DNA of 64,000 bases from a virus. Below the pieces are notes generated by a model. That model was given only the letters and a program-made list of their open reading frames with translations. It had not been told where the DNA came from and did no database searches. The position numbers and the translations under genes are program-made. Where the stretch lies: IMG/VR virus record IMGVR_UViG_3300030098_002339, positions 24,285-88,284 of that record; one strand, written 5' to 3'. Shown here piece by piece: positions 38,303 through 48,685 of this stretch (position 1 is its first letter; each line of letters begins with the position of its first letter).

Positions 38303-41300
38303 TGGCTAATGATTTTAATGTTAATGAATTTAAATTAAAAGACCCAGTACGTAGTATACCCGATGGTTTAAAAGAACCAGTAAAGGATTCAACGCCTGGG
38401 TTTTTTCAGTCTCTTCGTAATCCATATCACCTATGGTTAGAAGAATCTTTACCAGCATCACTCTACCAATGGATGACTGGCAATACAAAAAAGAAACAAG
38501 CACAAGAAGCACTCAATTACATTCGTAATAATCCTCAGCAACAAGGATCTAAAATTTATCAGGAAGCTGAAAGAAAACTACAAAGATTTGGTTATCTTTT
38601 AGATGATGGTCCTATGTCCATAGACATGAAGGAAGTTGGTAATATGATTAAAGCCAACCCTAAACTCTTTGGAGCTGAATTAGTTAATATGATTATGGCA
38701 GATCCTTGGTTATTATTTATGCCTCTTGGATGGCATAGATTAGGTAGAGGAGTTGTTAATGGTATTAGATTAAAACGAGCTAAGAATCTTAGCATGACTA
38801 CAGTAGCAGCTAAGAAAGCTGATAACATGGCTGATATTAAAGTTGGAGCTATGGCTACACTCGGAATACCTTTTGCATTCTCAACTGCATGGCAATTAGG
38901 AGAAGATGCTACATTAGATCCTAAAAGAACTACAGTAGAAACTACATTAGGAGCTACAGCAGGAGCTTTAATCTCAGTAGGTTTTGCAGGCACAGGAGCT
39001 TTAGCACAAAGATTAACTCAAGTTCCTAAAAATAGAGTTTTACAAATACAAAACCAAGTTTTAAATAAACATGGAATTAATCCTGAGAAATTATTAGACT
39101 ATAATGAAAATGGTATTTTCCGTTCTGTTGATGAACTTATAGACGAGATACAAAAACAAACTAGAATTATTACAGATCCTAAAAAATTTCAAGTTATTAA
39201 AGCAGATATGACTGCTGCCTTAAGACAGCTGAATGAACATGGAAGAGATATGTCTTTTAATGCTGCTCTTAAAAGAGGTGGTACTCTTGCAGCTATAGGT
39301 GCAACTGCACAATTCTTAACAGCTGATGATGAGAAATTATTAGCAACAGCTAAGGGTGCAGGAGCTGGTGCAGCTATATATTTAGCTGGAAGATTCCTTA
39401 CAAGTAAACTTAGGCAAATGCCTAAAGACTTTGATGCTGCTACTATATCAGCAGAAGCTACATTAGATGCAGCTAAAATGAGTACAGTTAAATTAAACTC
39501 TGCTGCATATGAACTAGCTAATAAGATTAAACAAAATATACCTGATGCAATAGATTCTAGACGTAAGATATTTTATTACTTAACTAGAGCTAGAGTTGAT
39601 AGAAAAAACTTTAGATATGATGGTAAATTAAAACCTATTGCTGATTCAGAATTATCTGCTAGAGAATTAGATGCAGCTAAAGCTATTAGAAAAACATTTG
39701 ATAGTTTAGAGCAATCTCTTGGTAAAGAAGGTAGTGGTTTATTATTTAATAAAAGAGTTAACTATCTTCCTTTATTATGGGAACATTATAATCCTAAGAT
39801 ACAACCTTTTAGATTTGTTAAAGAATTTGATCAAACAGTAACTGGTCCATCAGGTAAGTTTCAGTTTGCTAAACGTGGTGTCTTTGGAGATATTAACGCA
39901 GGACTTCAAAAGAACTTTAAAATTAAACCAGGTTATGATGATCCTACTGAACTTATTAAAGTATATACTCATGCAGCAGGTAAAGCATTATCTACTAGGG
40001 CTTTAATTACAAGTTTAGAAACTTCAAAAATAGAAGGTCTACCTCTCTTAATCAGAAGAGGAACAAGACCTGTTAATCAAAACTATATAGAATTTAAACA
40101 TCCTTACTTTGAAGGTAAAGAAGGATTCCCTTATATCCATAGAGGAATGGATAAATCATTAAGAATGGTTTTCGATGCTACAGATGAACAACCATTAATG
40201 TCAGCACTTTTTACGACTAACTTAATGATGAAGAGATTAGCGGTAGGTTTTTCATTTTTCCATGCAGGTGCATTAGTTGAATCAATGTGGTTTGCTGGAT
40301 CTAAATGGAATTTTATTAAGAAAATATTAAACCCAAGATCTAAAGCTGAATTAGAAAATCTAATTAATAATCCTAGAACTTATGTTAATGAGTTTCCTCA
40401 TGCAGTAAACCAATTAGAACAACATGGCTTTAGGGATGTTATTCAATTTTCTAGAGGATCAGGATTACAAATATCAACACCTGAAGATATAGGATTTGAT
40501 AGATTCTATTATAACTTAAGAGGAGTTGATACCTTTTTAAAAAGACATTTTGGTATTTCATCTAGTGGTAAAGCTGAAAAAGTTTTTAAATGGTTTGATA
40601 GAATAACTTGGGATAGAGTATTTACTCATGCTAAACTTAATACTTTTCTTACAGCATTAAATAAATCTGTACAGCCTGGAGATACTCAAGCTATTATATA
40701 CAGGAAAGCACAACAAGCAGCACAGTTTTCTAATGATGCTTTTGGTGGACAAGACTGGGCTAAATTAGCTAATAGCATACAAACACCTTGGTTAAAGAGA
40801 ATGATGCAAACTACATTTGCACCAGGCTCTAGAGGTTATATGCAGTTGTTAATGTTTGCTCCTGACTGGACAATATCTAATGTTAGAATTATTGCTAAGT
40901 CTTTACCTGCATTTGAAGCTGATCCACAGTTAAGAAGACTATACCAATTTTATTTTGCTAAAGCTGCACTTACTTATGCAGCAGCAGGATCTGCATTAAA
41001 CTATGCATTTAGCGGACACTCTATATTAGAGAATACAGATCCAACAAGAATTGACTTAGGGAATGGTGAAGTACTTACTTTCTCAAAACAGTTAATGGAA
41101 CCTTTCCATTGGATAACTGCTCCACAATCTACTGGTCTTAAAAAGATAGGAGCATTACCTAGAGTTACAATAGAAGTATTAACAAATAAGAAATACTTGA
41201 CAACTAAGTGGAGTCCAAACATCACTAAGAAAGATGATGAAGCTATTGAAAAAGGTTTAAAGATAGGTGGTCAGGTTGGTAAAAGATTTTTACCTATTTG

Positions 41301-41487
41301 GCTGCAAACAGCATCACAAAATATTGCTGAAGGTTTAGAACGAGATGGGCTTAGTGCTGATCTTGCTTGGGACACAGCAGTTGATTTTGTGCTAGGGCAA
41401 AGTGGTCACCCTAGATACCAAGGACCACGATATACACAATATAAAACAAAAGGATTAGTAAGGTCTCCTTACGAAACATTATTTTAA
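38302..41487 (+). CDS. Large ejection protein (internal virion protein)
   Basis: 1061 aa helical; FSNDAFGG, FAPDWT motifs; last structural gene. Confidence 0.75.
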   Translation: MANDFNVNEFKLKDPVRSIPDGLKEPVKDSTPGFFQSLRNPYHLWLEESLPASLYQWMTGNTKKKQAQEALNYIRNNPQQQGSKIYQEAERKLQRFGYLLDDGPMSIDMKEVGNMIKANPKLFGAELVNMIMADPWLLFMPLGWHRLGRGVVNGIRLKRAKNLSMTTVAAKKADNMADIKVGAMATLGIPFAFSTAWQLGEDATLDPKRTTVETTLGATAGALISVGFAGTGALAQRLTQVPKNRVLQIQNQVLNKHGINPEKLLDYNENGIFRSVDELIDEIQKQTRIITDPKKFQVIKADMTAALRQLNEHGRDMSFNAALKRGGTLAAIGATAQFLTADDEKLLATAKGAGAGAAIYLAGRFLTSKLRQMPKDFDAATISAEATLDAAKMSTVKLNSAAYELANKIKQNIPDAIDSRRKIFYYLTRARVDRKNFRYDGKLKPIADSELSARELDAAKAIRKTFDSLEQSLGKEGSGLLFNKRVNYLPLLWEHYNPKIQPFRFVKEFDQTVTGPSGKFQFAKRGVFGDINAGLQKNFKIKPGYDDPTELIKVYTHAAGKALSTRALITSLETSKIEGLPLLIRRGTRPVNQNYIEFKHPYFEGKEGFPYIHRGMDKSLRMVFDATDEQPLMSALFTTNLMMKRLAVGFSFFHAGALVESMWFAGSKWNFIKKILNPRSKAELENLINNPRTYVNEFPHAVNQLEQHGFRDVIQFSRGSGLQISTPEDIGFDRFYYNLRGVDTFLKRHFGISSSGKAEKVFKWFDRITWDRVFTHAKLNTFLTALNKSVQPGDTQAIIYRKAQQAAQFSNDAFGGQDWAKLANSIQTPWLKRMMQTTFAPGSRGYMQLLMFAPDWTISNVRIIAKSLPAFEADPQLRRLYQFYFAKAALTYAAAGSALNYAFSGHSILENTDPTRIDLGNGEVLTFSKQLMEPFHWITAPQSTGLKKIGALPRVTIEVLTNKKYLTTKWSPNITKKDDEAIEKGLKIGGQVGKRFLPIWLQTASQNIAEGLERDGLSADLAWDTAVDFVLGQSGHPRYQGPRYTQYKTKGLVRSPYETLF

Positions 41488-41681
41488 TGAGTAGACATAC
41501 AGAAAATAAAGAAGAAATATTAAAAATTCATGGCGAACTTAAGGTAATTAATACTAAGTTAGATAACCATATTGTACACTTAACAGCTAGAGTAAATACG
41601 ATTTATAAAATTATTTGGGTTGTTGGTGTTATGGCGTTAGGAAACCTTTTAGGGTTAGTTAAAACTCTCCTGGTTCCATAA
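41487..41681 (+). CDS. Coiled-coil + TM protein (hemolysin/holin-like)
   Basis: KLDNHI.HL..RV then C-terminal TM. Confidence 0.6.
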   Translation: MSRHTENKEEILKIHGELKVINTKLDNHIVHLTARVNTIYKIIWVVGVMALGNLLGLVKTLLVP

Positions 41682-41905
41682 TGAAAGTAGCTTTGGCAAT
41701 TGTTATGTGCTCTCTTGTTTATGCAGAGTGCATGCCTCCTTATGAATTTCCCGAAAGATACCGAAGTCATTACGAATGTATGATTGCAGGATATGAAAAA
41801 TCATTATCTAAAATGAAAGAAATTGGGAGAACAGATATTAATAAAGATCAAGTATTTATTAAATTTGCTTGTTATCCAGTAGAAGAACCAGGTTCAGATA
41901 CATAA
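41681..41905 (+). CDS. Small exported Cys-rich protein
   Basis: Hydrophobic N-terminus, 4 Cys. Confidence 0.65.
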   Translation: MKVALAIVMCSLVYAECMPPYEFPERYRSHYECMIAGYEKSLSKMKEIGRTDINKDQVFIKFACYPVEEPGSDT

Positions 41906-41922
41906 TTTTGTACCTCTAGGTC

Positions 41923-41951
41923 TAGACTAACACACTAATTAGTTGTACAAG
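41923..41951 (+). promoter_or_regulatory. Sigma70-like promoter
   Basis: TAGACT-N17-TACAAG just before ATG. Confidence 0.4.
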
Positions 41952-41958
41952 CAATAAT

Positions 41959-42672
41959 ATGCTTCGAAAATCAATACTTTGCATTAGCGATCAACACTCT
42001 CCATATCATCATCCAGATACACTTGACTTTCTGGCTGCACTCAAGAAAGAATACAAACCCGATTGTATTGTGAATATGGGAGATGAATTAGACTGGCACA
42101 GTATTTCTTTTCATGACCATCATCCAGGATTACGTGCACCTAAAGATGAACTTACGGAAGCTAAAGTATTCTTCCAAGAGTTACATAGTATGTTTCCTAA
42201 AATGCATTTATTGGATTCCAATCATGGAAGTCTAGTATTTAGGAAAGCAACAAGACACGGAATACCACACGAACTTTTTAAATCATATAATGATATGTTA
42301 GGTGTGGGACCAGGTTGGACTTGGCATGAGGACTTAATCATCAAAGCATCCAACGGACAAAAAATTTACTTCTGCCATGGTAAATATAAAGATGTGCTAA
42401 AGGTAGCACAACAATATGGTATGTGTACTGTCCAAGGACATTACCATACTACATTCAGTATACATTACTGGAGTAATCCAAATGAATTACTCTGGGCTAT
42501 GCAAACTGGATGTTTAATAAACATGAAAAGTTTAGCTTTTGAATATAATAAACTTCAAAAGACTAGACCAGTAATAGGAACCGCTGTGATCATTAACGGA
42601 CTACCGAAATTGATCCCAATGGTATTAAAAGACAATGGCAGATGGAATAGAAAAATTACCGAGAGGAATTAG
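41959..42672 (+). CDS. Calcineurin-like metallophosphoesterase
   Basis: SDQH, GDELD, SNH, CHG, GHYH motifs. Confidence 0.88.
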   Translation: MLRKSILCISDQHSPYHHPDTLDFLAALKKEYKPDCIVNMGDELDWHSISFHDHHPGLRAPKDELTEAKVFFQELHSMFPKMHLLDSNHGSLVFRKATRHGIPHELFKSYNDMLGVGPGWTWHEDLIIKASNGQKIYFCHGKYKDVLKVAQQYGMCTVQGHYHTTFSIHYWSNPNELLWAMQTGCLINMKSLAFEYNKLQKTRPVIGTAVIINGLPKLIPMVLKDNGRWNRKITERN

Positions 42673-43081
42673 AAACAAGAATCCAGGCAATATTAAAATA
42701 GGTACTGACTGGGATGGGTTGGCTGATGAACAATCAGATCCAACTTTTTGTGTTTTTAAGGAAGCTGTTTGGGGTATTCGAGCTTTAATGAGAATACTCT
42801 TAGTCTATCGTTTTCATCATAAAAAAAATAATGTAGAGGATATTATCGGAAGATGGGCTCCTCCTAGTGAAAATGATACTGACGCTTATATAGACTTTGT
42901 CTGTAACAAGACAGGTTTCAATCCGATGGATCAACTAGATAATAGTATTGAACACTATTTACCTTTAGTTAAATCCATCATTCAAATGGAAAATGGCAAG
43001 CAGCCATATACAGATGAACACTTAGTGGAAGGAATGTATAAAGCATGGGAGGGATTTCCAACAAAATCCTCCGCTACTTAA
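42635..43081 (+). CDS. Lysozyme-like endolysin/virion hydrolase
   Basis: RGIRNKNPGNI...RWAPPSENDT..Y...MENG. Confidence 0.8.
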   Translation: MADGIEKLPRGIRNKNPGNIKIGTDWDGLADEQSDPTFCVFKEAVWGIRALMRILLVYRFHHKKNNVEDIIGRWAPPSENDTDAYIDFVCNKTGFNPMDQLDNSIEHYLPLVKSIIQMENGKQPYTDEHLVEGMYKAWEGFPTKSSAT

Positions 43082-43200
43082 TGTATGTTGGAGATAGATT
43101 ACATCAATGGGCTTGGGATAGATTCTACAAAAGACGAAAAGTTATTCGTCACGTTGGTGGAAGAACAGGTAAAATATACACTTTTAAAAGGAAGTAATAT

Positions 43201-43599
43201 ATGTGGTTAGGACTAGCAAAAATGGCTCTCCAAACGGGAGCTAAAGTCTATGCAAATAAGCAACGCACTAAACAAGCGATGTCTGACGCTGCCCTATTGA
43301 CTGCTGAAAAGCAAGCACGGGGTGAGATTGAATATAATGGTAAGCTATTAGAAGCTCGTCAAAATGATTATAAAGACGAAGTAGTCTTGATTATTTTAAC
43401 GCTTCCGATTTTGGTACTCGCTTACGGGGTGTGGTCAGACGATCCGCAAGCTATGGAAAAGATACAAATATTCTTTGATCATTTTCAAGCACTCCCTTCA
43501 TGGTTTACTAATTTGTGGATTTTAGTTGTTGCATCAATTTTTGGTATTAAAGGTACACAAATCTTTCGTAGTGGTGGACCTAAATTACCTAAAAAATGA
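43201..43599 (+). CDS. Holin (3TM/GTA-holin-like)
   Basis: TM segments, LPSWF...FGIK; follows lysin. Confidence 0.65.
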   Translation: MWLGLAKMALQTGAKVYANKQRTKQAMSDAALLTAEKQARGEIEYNGKLLEARQNDYKDEVVLIILTLPILVLAYGVWSDDPQAMEKIQIFFDHFQALPSWFTNLWILVVASIFGIKGTQIFRSGGPKLPKK

Positions 43600-43811
43600 C
43601 AGAAAAAGCAGACTATCAAGAAATTATAAACGAATACAAAGAACAAGTACGGGTTCTTAAAGAGCAGCTCAATGAGCTTACGGATGCTGCTAAGGCTAAA
43701 GATTCGGCTCTTAAAAGAACTTTACAAAAGTTAGAATACGTAACAGAAGATTTAGACAAAGCGAATGAAGAATTAAATGCAAAAAAAGGTATGGAAAAAA
43801 CCTCAAAATAG
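43596..43811 (+). CDS. Coiled-coil protein
   Basis: ATGA coupling. Confidence 0.65.
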   Translation: MTEKADYQEIINEYKEQVRVLKEQLNELTDAAKAKDSALKRTLQKLEYVTEDLDKANEELNAKKGMEKTSK

Positions 43812-43953
43812 AACCTATGATGTAGGTAAATGTAAATGGTGTCATAAAGACATGGTTAGTTCTGATCCTTTTGTAGTTTTTGCAGATAAATCTAGAGCTT
43901 GTTTAAAATGTTATCATAACTCAGGAGCATCCTTACCGATGTTTCGTAAATGA
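43777..43953 (+). CDS. 58-aa zinc-finger protein (not in ORF track)
   Basis: CKWC...CLKC. Confidence 0.55.
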   Translation: MQKKVWKKPQNRTYDVGKCKWCHKDMVSSDPFVVFADKSRACLKCYHNSGASLPMFRK

Positions 43954-44035
43954 CAAATTTTCCTTACGATATACAAATGACAGGAATGTTTGTATTTATA
44001 ACACTCTACTTAGTATTTAAGGTAATAAACTGGAT

Positions 44036-44407
44036 ATGAAAATAAGTGAATCAACAAGTGTGGCTATGCCAATCAAAAATATGATTGGAATTATTTTTGC
44101 AGTTGCTATGGGTGTGTGGGCATGGGCAGATATTACAAGTAGACTTACATCTTTAGAGACTTCTAAACAATTAATGGAACAAGATTTACTTGAAGCAAGT
44201 ACTCAAAAACCCATAGACCAAGAGCAATTCATGTTGTTGGAAATGATTACTTCTTCTCAAGAAAAATTAATTAGAAGAGTTGATGACATGATGCATAATA
44301 AAATTAATATTAAAGCATTAGAAAAATCAGTTAATAAACTGCAATCTGATGTAGAAAAATTAAAAGATAAGCAAAGATCCTTTGCTAATGGAAATGGAGC
44401 ACATTAA
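44036..44407 (+). CDS. TM + coiled-coil protein (spanin-like topology)
   Basis: N-terminal TM then coiled coil. Confidence 0.65.
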   Translation: MKISESTSVAMPIKNMIGIIFAVAMGVWAWADITSRLTSLETSKQLMEQDLLEASTQKPIDQEQFMLLEMITSSQEKLIRRVDDMMHNKINIKALEKSVNKLQSDVEKLKDKQRSFANGNGAH

Positions 44408-44625
44408 TGGTCGAAACGGTGATCGCCCTATGTATGTTTTATCAAGGTGGAATTATTGAACACACTTATAAAAAAAGTATGTCTGATTGTTTAAAATCTA
44501 AAAGGATTGCTTCTAGAGAAGTTAATCCTGAAAATGTCAGATTTGCCTGTGGTAAAGTAACTGCAAAAACAGAAATTTATATGGGTGAAAAAAAGATACT
44601 TAAAATATTAGAAGATAAATATTAA
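44407..44625 (+). CDS. Small Cys-containing protein
   Basis: TAATG coupling. Confidence 0.65.
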   Translation: MVETVIALCMFYQGGIIEHTYKKSMSDCLKSKRIASREVNPENVRFACGKVTAKTEIYMGEKKILKILEDKY

Positions 44626-44728
44626 TGAACACATGTACAAATTGTAAATGTAATAGTAAATGGCTTTATATTTATAGAGCTGCTATTGTTATATCTATTC
44701 TTGGATTGTTTTATATTCATACAATGGA

Positions 44729-44917
44729 GTGTATTTAATGGACAATAAAATAGTAACAGCATTGTTAGCTATTCTTCTTGCATTGGGAGGCTGGAATTTA
44801 AGTCAGACTTTTAAATTAAGCAATGATATGGTTTTAGTTAAAGAGAAAATTTCTAACATTGAAAACAAAATTAATAAATTCAAACCAAATAAGAAGAAAA
44901 AGAAGAAGAATAAATAA
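44729..44917 (+). CDS. Small TM protein
   Basis: Hydrophobic N-terminus, basic tail. Confidence 0.55.
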   Translation: MYLMDNKIVTALLAILLALGGWNLSQTFKLSNDMVLVKEKISNIENKINKFKPNKKKKKKNK

Positions 44918-44965
44918 CCAATACAATTACTTTCTTAAAAAACGTAGATGGTATAGTAGGAGGAG

Positions 44966-45154
44966 ATGAGGTATTTAATTACATTTTTATTTTTAAGTTT
45001 ATTTTTAGTAGCTTGTGAAAACACAAGACACTCAATAGGTGTTACTGGTAAACCATTAGCAACTGAGGGTAAATTTGAAGATAGTGTAAAATTTAATTAT
45101 AAGATTATTTTTGGGAAAATCAGATCAAAAAACACAGAAGAAGATGACGACTAG
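44966..45154 (+). CDS. Small lipoprotein
   Basis: Lipobox LVAC; AGGAGG SD. Confidence 0.65.
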   Translation: MRYLITFLFLSLFLVACENTRHSIGVTGKPLATEGKFEDSVKFNYKIIFGKIRSKNTEEDDD

Positions 45155-45248
45155 GAATCCAGTCGCTAGAAGTTTACCTAAATACAAACATAAACGCTTT
45201 AAAGATAATACGAAATATAATAGGAAGAAGTATAAGTTAGAGTATTAG
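45144..45248 (+). CDS. 34-aa basic peptide (not in ORF track)
   Basis: MTTRNPVARSL...KYNRKK. Confidence 0.45.
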   Translation: MTTRNPVARSLPKYKHKRFKDNTKYNRKKYKLEY

Positions 45249-45917
45249 TTTGGATTTAGGTTTTTTTTCTTTTCTAGGTTCACCGAATACATTAAAACTA
45301 AAAGATCTACGTTCTCCTTTTGTTCTAAAAGGATAAACCATATGATACATCCACCAGGGAAAGAGATAATAATCTCCAACCTTTGGGCGGATTCTTACTG
45401 TATTAGTTGAAAATAATTGGACTTGTCCATACTGCATTTCAATACCACCAGCAGTTGGATAATGATCTAGATCTTCTTTATCCCATTCTTCTTTAATACC
45501 TTTAGGTAAAGATAGATACCCTACACAAGACATATGACAATTCGTATGGTAATGTAAGGGATTAAAATCACCTGCAAAGGTTCTTACATACCAACCCGAT
45601 TTAAATACTATTTTTTGAAGTTCTTTAGAATTATCTGGATGTGCTTCAATATAAGCACTAACTAATTTTTGAAAATAGGGAGCCCATTTTTCAAATACTT
45701 CAGGACTAATAATTAACTCTTGTTTAACATTACCGACTAGATCATCAGAGAAATCATGTAATTTACTTTTCTCTTTATCAGCAACAATGTTATCACAATC
45801 TTTATTAAAATCATCAATCAGTTCTTGAGGTAATTTACAATGACCTATGGATGGACCAAAAGGTCTATAAATTTTAAGTTCTTTATTCTCTTTATTTAAT
45901 TTACTATAATGTGCCAC
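45237..45917 (-). CDS. Putative 2OG-Fe(II) oxygenase (unit C)
   Basis: Close homologue of 1843-2526. Confidence 0.8.
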   Translation of the reverse strand: MAHYSKLNKENKELKIYRPFGPSIGHCKLPQELIDDFNKDCDNIVADKEKSKLHDFSDDLVGNVKQELIISPEVFEKWAPYFQKLVSAYIEAHPDNSKELQKIVFKSGWYVRTFAGDFNPLHYHTNCHMSCVGYLSLPKGIKEEWDKEDLDHYPTAGGIEMQYGQVQLFSTNTVRIRPKVGDYYLFPWWMYHMVYPFRTKGERRSFSFNVFGEPRKEKKPKSKLIL

Positions 45918-46191
45918 GTTTCCACTTTCTATATCCTTCTACCCAGGATTCTTTAGGTTCATTAGTATAGTCTCTTTCAATAATCATTTCAATAAAGTGT
46001 ATAGCTTTAAGTAAGTCTTTCTTACCACCTTTATCTTGGTGTCTAATGATATACTTAATAGCTGATCCTTCAGGAAATAATAACTTATTTTCTACAACAA
46101 ATTTACTAGGCTGAATCTTATATTTTAAATAATAAGATCCACCTACCTGTTGATCATAACTAGAACTTGAGTTTGAAACCTTTTTTTTCAT
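45904..46191 (-). CDS. DUF3310-family protein (unit C)
   Basis: QVGGSYY...EGSAIKYIIRH..KG..DL.KAIH; start re-called. Confidence 0.75.
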   Translation of the reverse strand: MKKKVSNSSSSYDQQVGGSYYLKYKIQPSKFVVENKLLFPEGSAIKYIIRHQDKGGKKDLLKAIHFIEMIIERDYTNEPKESWVEGYRKWKRGTL

Positions 46192-46519
46192 ATTTAATTT
46201 GAGCAGGAGTTCTTTTATCATGTAAAAGTTTAAGCTGCTCATCAGTCATAATATACTCTTTATTCTTTAAAGCAATCTGTATTTTAGTATAAGCATAATC
46301 TGGATCTATATTAGCCATTCTAAATACTATTTTAAAATCTTTAGACTTTTTGGAAAGCCAAGTAAGTGCTTTATGTTTACAATCAACATATCCTTTTCTA
46401 ATACCTTCGTAAGTCGCATCTCTAACTGCTTGAGCAATTACCGCTGTCCACAGTATATGTTCAGGACTCTTCTCTAAATCTGTCGACTGTTCTGTGGGTA
46501 GTGTCTTTAACCTCAACAT
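46160..46519 (-). CDS. Conserved hypothetical protein (unit C)
   Basis: Homologue of 2761. Confidence 0.75.
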   Translation of the reverse strand: MLRLKTLPTEQSTDLEKSPEHILWTAVIAQAVRDATYEGIRKGYVDCKHKALTWLSKKSKDFKIVFRMANIDPDYAYTKIQIALKNKEYIMTDEQLKLLHDKRTPAQIKYEKKGFKLKF

Positions 46520-46691
46520 CTTTTACAACCTCATAAGTTACTCTTGATTTTCTCATGCCATCATCACGAAATTTAAATTCACTTAGGTTTAATTTTTTAA
46601 AGTTAGATAAGGCATGGTCATCATCTTCAGCAGATAAATATATTTCTGTTGTTTGAGGTAACCATACCCATACTTTAAACTTATAAATCAT
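46461..46691 (-). CDS. Conserved hypothetical protein (unit C)
   Basis: Homologue of 3056. Confidence 0.75.
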   Translation of the reverse strand: MIYKFKVWVWLPQTTEIYLSAEDDDHALSNFKKLNLSEFKFRDDGMRKSRVTYEVVKDVEVKDTTHRTVDRFREES

Positions 46692-47014
46692 ATATTATGT
46701 TGTCTTCTACTAGCTTCTAAAGTTCTAAAGAGATCTATAATTAGACCTTCTTTATCTCTTTTATTACCCATTGTAGCTGACTTAACTTCAGCCTGGAATA
46801 ATTCTTCAACAGCATTCTTATAAATATCTGAAGCATAAAAGCCTTGCTCTTTAGCAGATATAGATTTTAATTCTCTATCATCCATTATAAATAATGCTTT
46901 CTTTCTCTTTAATAATCTATCTAGATACTTTACATTAGCATTAGCTTCTGCACTCTGTTCATCAGTATCACTTAGATATTTTAGAGCTTTCTCTAATCGT
47001 TCTTCTGTTATCAT
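46688..47014 (-). CDS. UvsY-like helical protein (unit C)
   Basis: Homologue of 3286. Confidence 0.6.
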   Translation of the reverse strand: MITEERLEKALKYLSDTDEQSAEANANVKYLDRLLKRKKALFIMDDRELKSISAKEQGFYASDIYKNAVEELFQAEVKSATMGNKRDKEGLIIDLFRTLEASRRQHNI

Positions 47015-47244
47015 TTTTCACCTACTTTTTTACAATACGTTAAAAATACTTTATATTCTTTATTATCAATCTTATAAAATACTCCTTCATATTTTTGTTC
47101 ACCTGGTTTACTATATGTATTTTTTACTACATATTCTTCGCAAGTTTGATAATCCACAAATTGTTGTTTCAGAACATATTTCATTCCTAACTTTTGTGGA
47201 TTGATTTCGCTGGGTGCTATTAATAGCATTAATAATTCTATCAT
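47011..47244 (-). CDS. Small exported hypothetical protein
   Basis: AAGGA SD; 2 Cys as in 3729. Confidence 0.6.
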   Translation of the reverse strand: MIELLMLLIAPSEINPQKLGMKYVLKQQFVDYQTCEEYVVKNTYSKPGEQKYEGVFYKIDNKEYKVFLTYCKKVGEK

Positions 47245-47363
47245 ATATTCCTTTTATTAAATGACAAAGTGGGCTCATTTATATTTATACATTTGTTCTA
47301 TGTTGAACCCACTCGCCACGCTATGCTTAAGAGGGAGATGATTCGTCAGCATAGCAATTCGGT

Positions 47364-47819
47364 TTAAAACTGATCGTTAAATTCATCAGGATTTTCTTTA
47401 GCAGATAATATCTTTCTTACATATCCATCTACTTTAGTAAAATCAATTTCTTTACCTGATTGAATTGATGCAGCCATTAAATTACTCATAGTCAATCTAT
47501 ATTTTTCTTCCCATTGACCAGATTTAATTGGTGCAGATTGAACAGCATTTGGTACAGGTACACTAGCAGCAACTTCGCCACCTAGTAACTCAACTGACTT
47601 TGCAGTTTGATACCATTTACCATTCTTGCTTTGTCTTGCAGGCATTGCAATGATTTTTAATCTTGCACCTTTCTGCCAACCTTCAGCACCTACTGCTTCA
47701 CCATAAATAGTCATATCATTACCATCATCTTTGGTAACGTAAATACTATATTTACCGCCACCATCTCTTGATGCAAATGATTTCTTATGTGAGCATTCAA
47801 ATGTTTCTAGATTTTCCAT
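47364..47819 (-). CDS. SSB-like protein (unit C)
   Basis: Homologue of 4053; AGGAGG SD before MENLETF. Confidence 0.65.
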   Translation of the reverse strand: MENLETFECSHKKSFASRDGGGKYSIYVTKDDGNDMTIYGEAVGAEGWQKGARLKIIAMPARQSKNGKWYQTAKSVELLGGEVAASVPVPNAVQSAPIKSGQWEEKYRLTMSNLMAASIQSGKEIDFTKVDGYVRKILSAKENPDEFNDQF

Positions 47820-47874
47820 ATTCCTCCTTTTATTTAATTGTTTAACTATACTACCTATTCGTTGCATATATACC

Positions 47875-48672
47875 TCATTTCCAGGCTGTATGCCATATCT
47901 TTCTTGCGAACGCTTCAGCACCTGGCGAATATCTCCATCTCCAGTTGTCGAATGTCAAAGGAAACATTCGTACAACGTCTTCCTTTGTTTTCGCTATTCC
48001 TAAGATATGTTCTATCGATTTAAAGGCTTGGATTAAAGTTTCTAAACATCCTACATGATCTCCTAAATCAGAAGTATGATGATCCCAAGCAGATGCATAT
48101 AACAGTAAGCATTCTTTATTGAATAACTCACGATATAAGAACTGCTGCCTTAAATGATCGGGTTTAGGGTGATAGTTATGATTAATTCTTCCCTTTCTCC
48201 CCTTATGTCTTTCTGCTGCAGTTGGAGCATATCTCCAAACTTTAGCAGTCGCTTTAGTATCAACGATATAATCATTGAACTCAAAGTCTGTCTTCGCAAC
48301 TACTGGCAAACATAGATCCTTATAAGGACCATTATATTCCCTTTGATAATGAATTAATTTACCATATTGTTTTAATTCTTTAACAAATGTATTTGCTATT
48401 TGAGCAGTCCATTCGTATTCATCATCAATGGTTCCTCCGTTTTCACCACATCTTTCTATGTATTTACCTTTAGCATCACTTATGATAAGTTTTTCATCAG
48501 TGATTTGATTTACTAATGCATGATGAGCTGCTTCTTCCGCAGCGTGTCCCATTCGCATTCTTGCATTCTCTTCTGTTTCGAATCCGTATATTTTTTCTAT
48601 GATCCACATTTGCGGACAATCAATAAACGTATTACCAGCAGAAGCTGAATGATGTTCTATAACTTTCAACAT
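47875..48672 (-). CDS. PD-(D/E)XK exonuclease (unit C)
   Basis: Homologue of 4576. Confidence 0.85.
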   Translation of the reverse strand: MLKVIEHHSASAGNTFIDCPQMWIIEKIYGFETEENARMRMGHAAEEAAHHALVNQITDEKLIISDAKGKYIERCGENGGTIDDEYEWTAQIANTFVKELKQYGKLIHYQREYNGPYKDLCLPVVAKTDFEFNDYIVDTKATAKVWRYAPTAAERHKGRKGRINHNYHPKPDHLRQQFLYRELFNKECLLLYASAWDHHTSDLGDHVGCLETLIQAFKSIEHILGIAKTKEDVVRMFPLTFDNWRWRYSPGAEAFARKIWHTAWK

Positions 48673-48685
48673 AATTTTCTCCGTA

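Larger units (their letters stand above)
1843..45236. mobile_element. Phage unit B: one complete ~43.4-kb period of a podovirus genome (HTVC010P-like pelagiphage type)
   Basis: Early genes, TerS/TerL, P22-like portal, scaffold, MCP, adaptor, nozzle, tail fibre, ejection and lysis genes; gene order restarts at 45237. Confidence 0.9.

Noticed and set aside
45150-45260. att core repeat at the convergent junction (compared with ~1800-1860)
   Set aside because: No shared direct repeat visible, no tRNA and no integrase; the unit boundary used is only a convenience.
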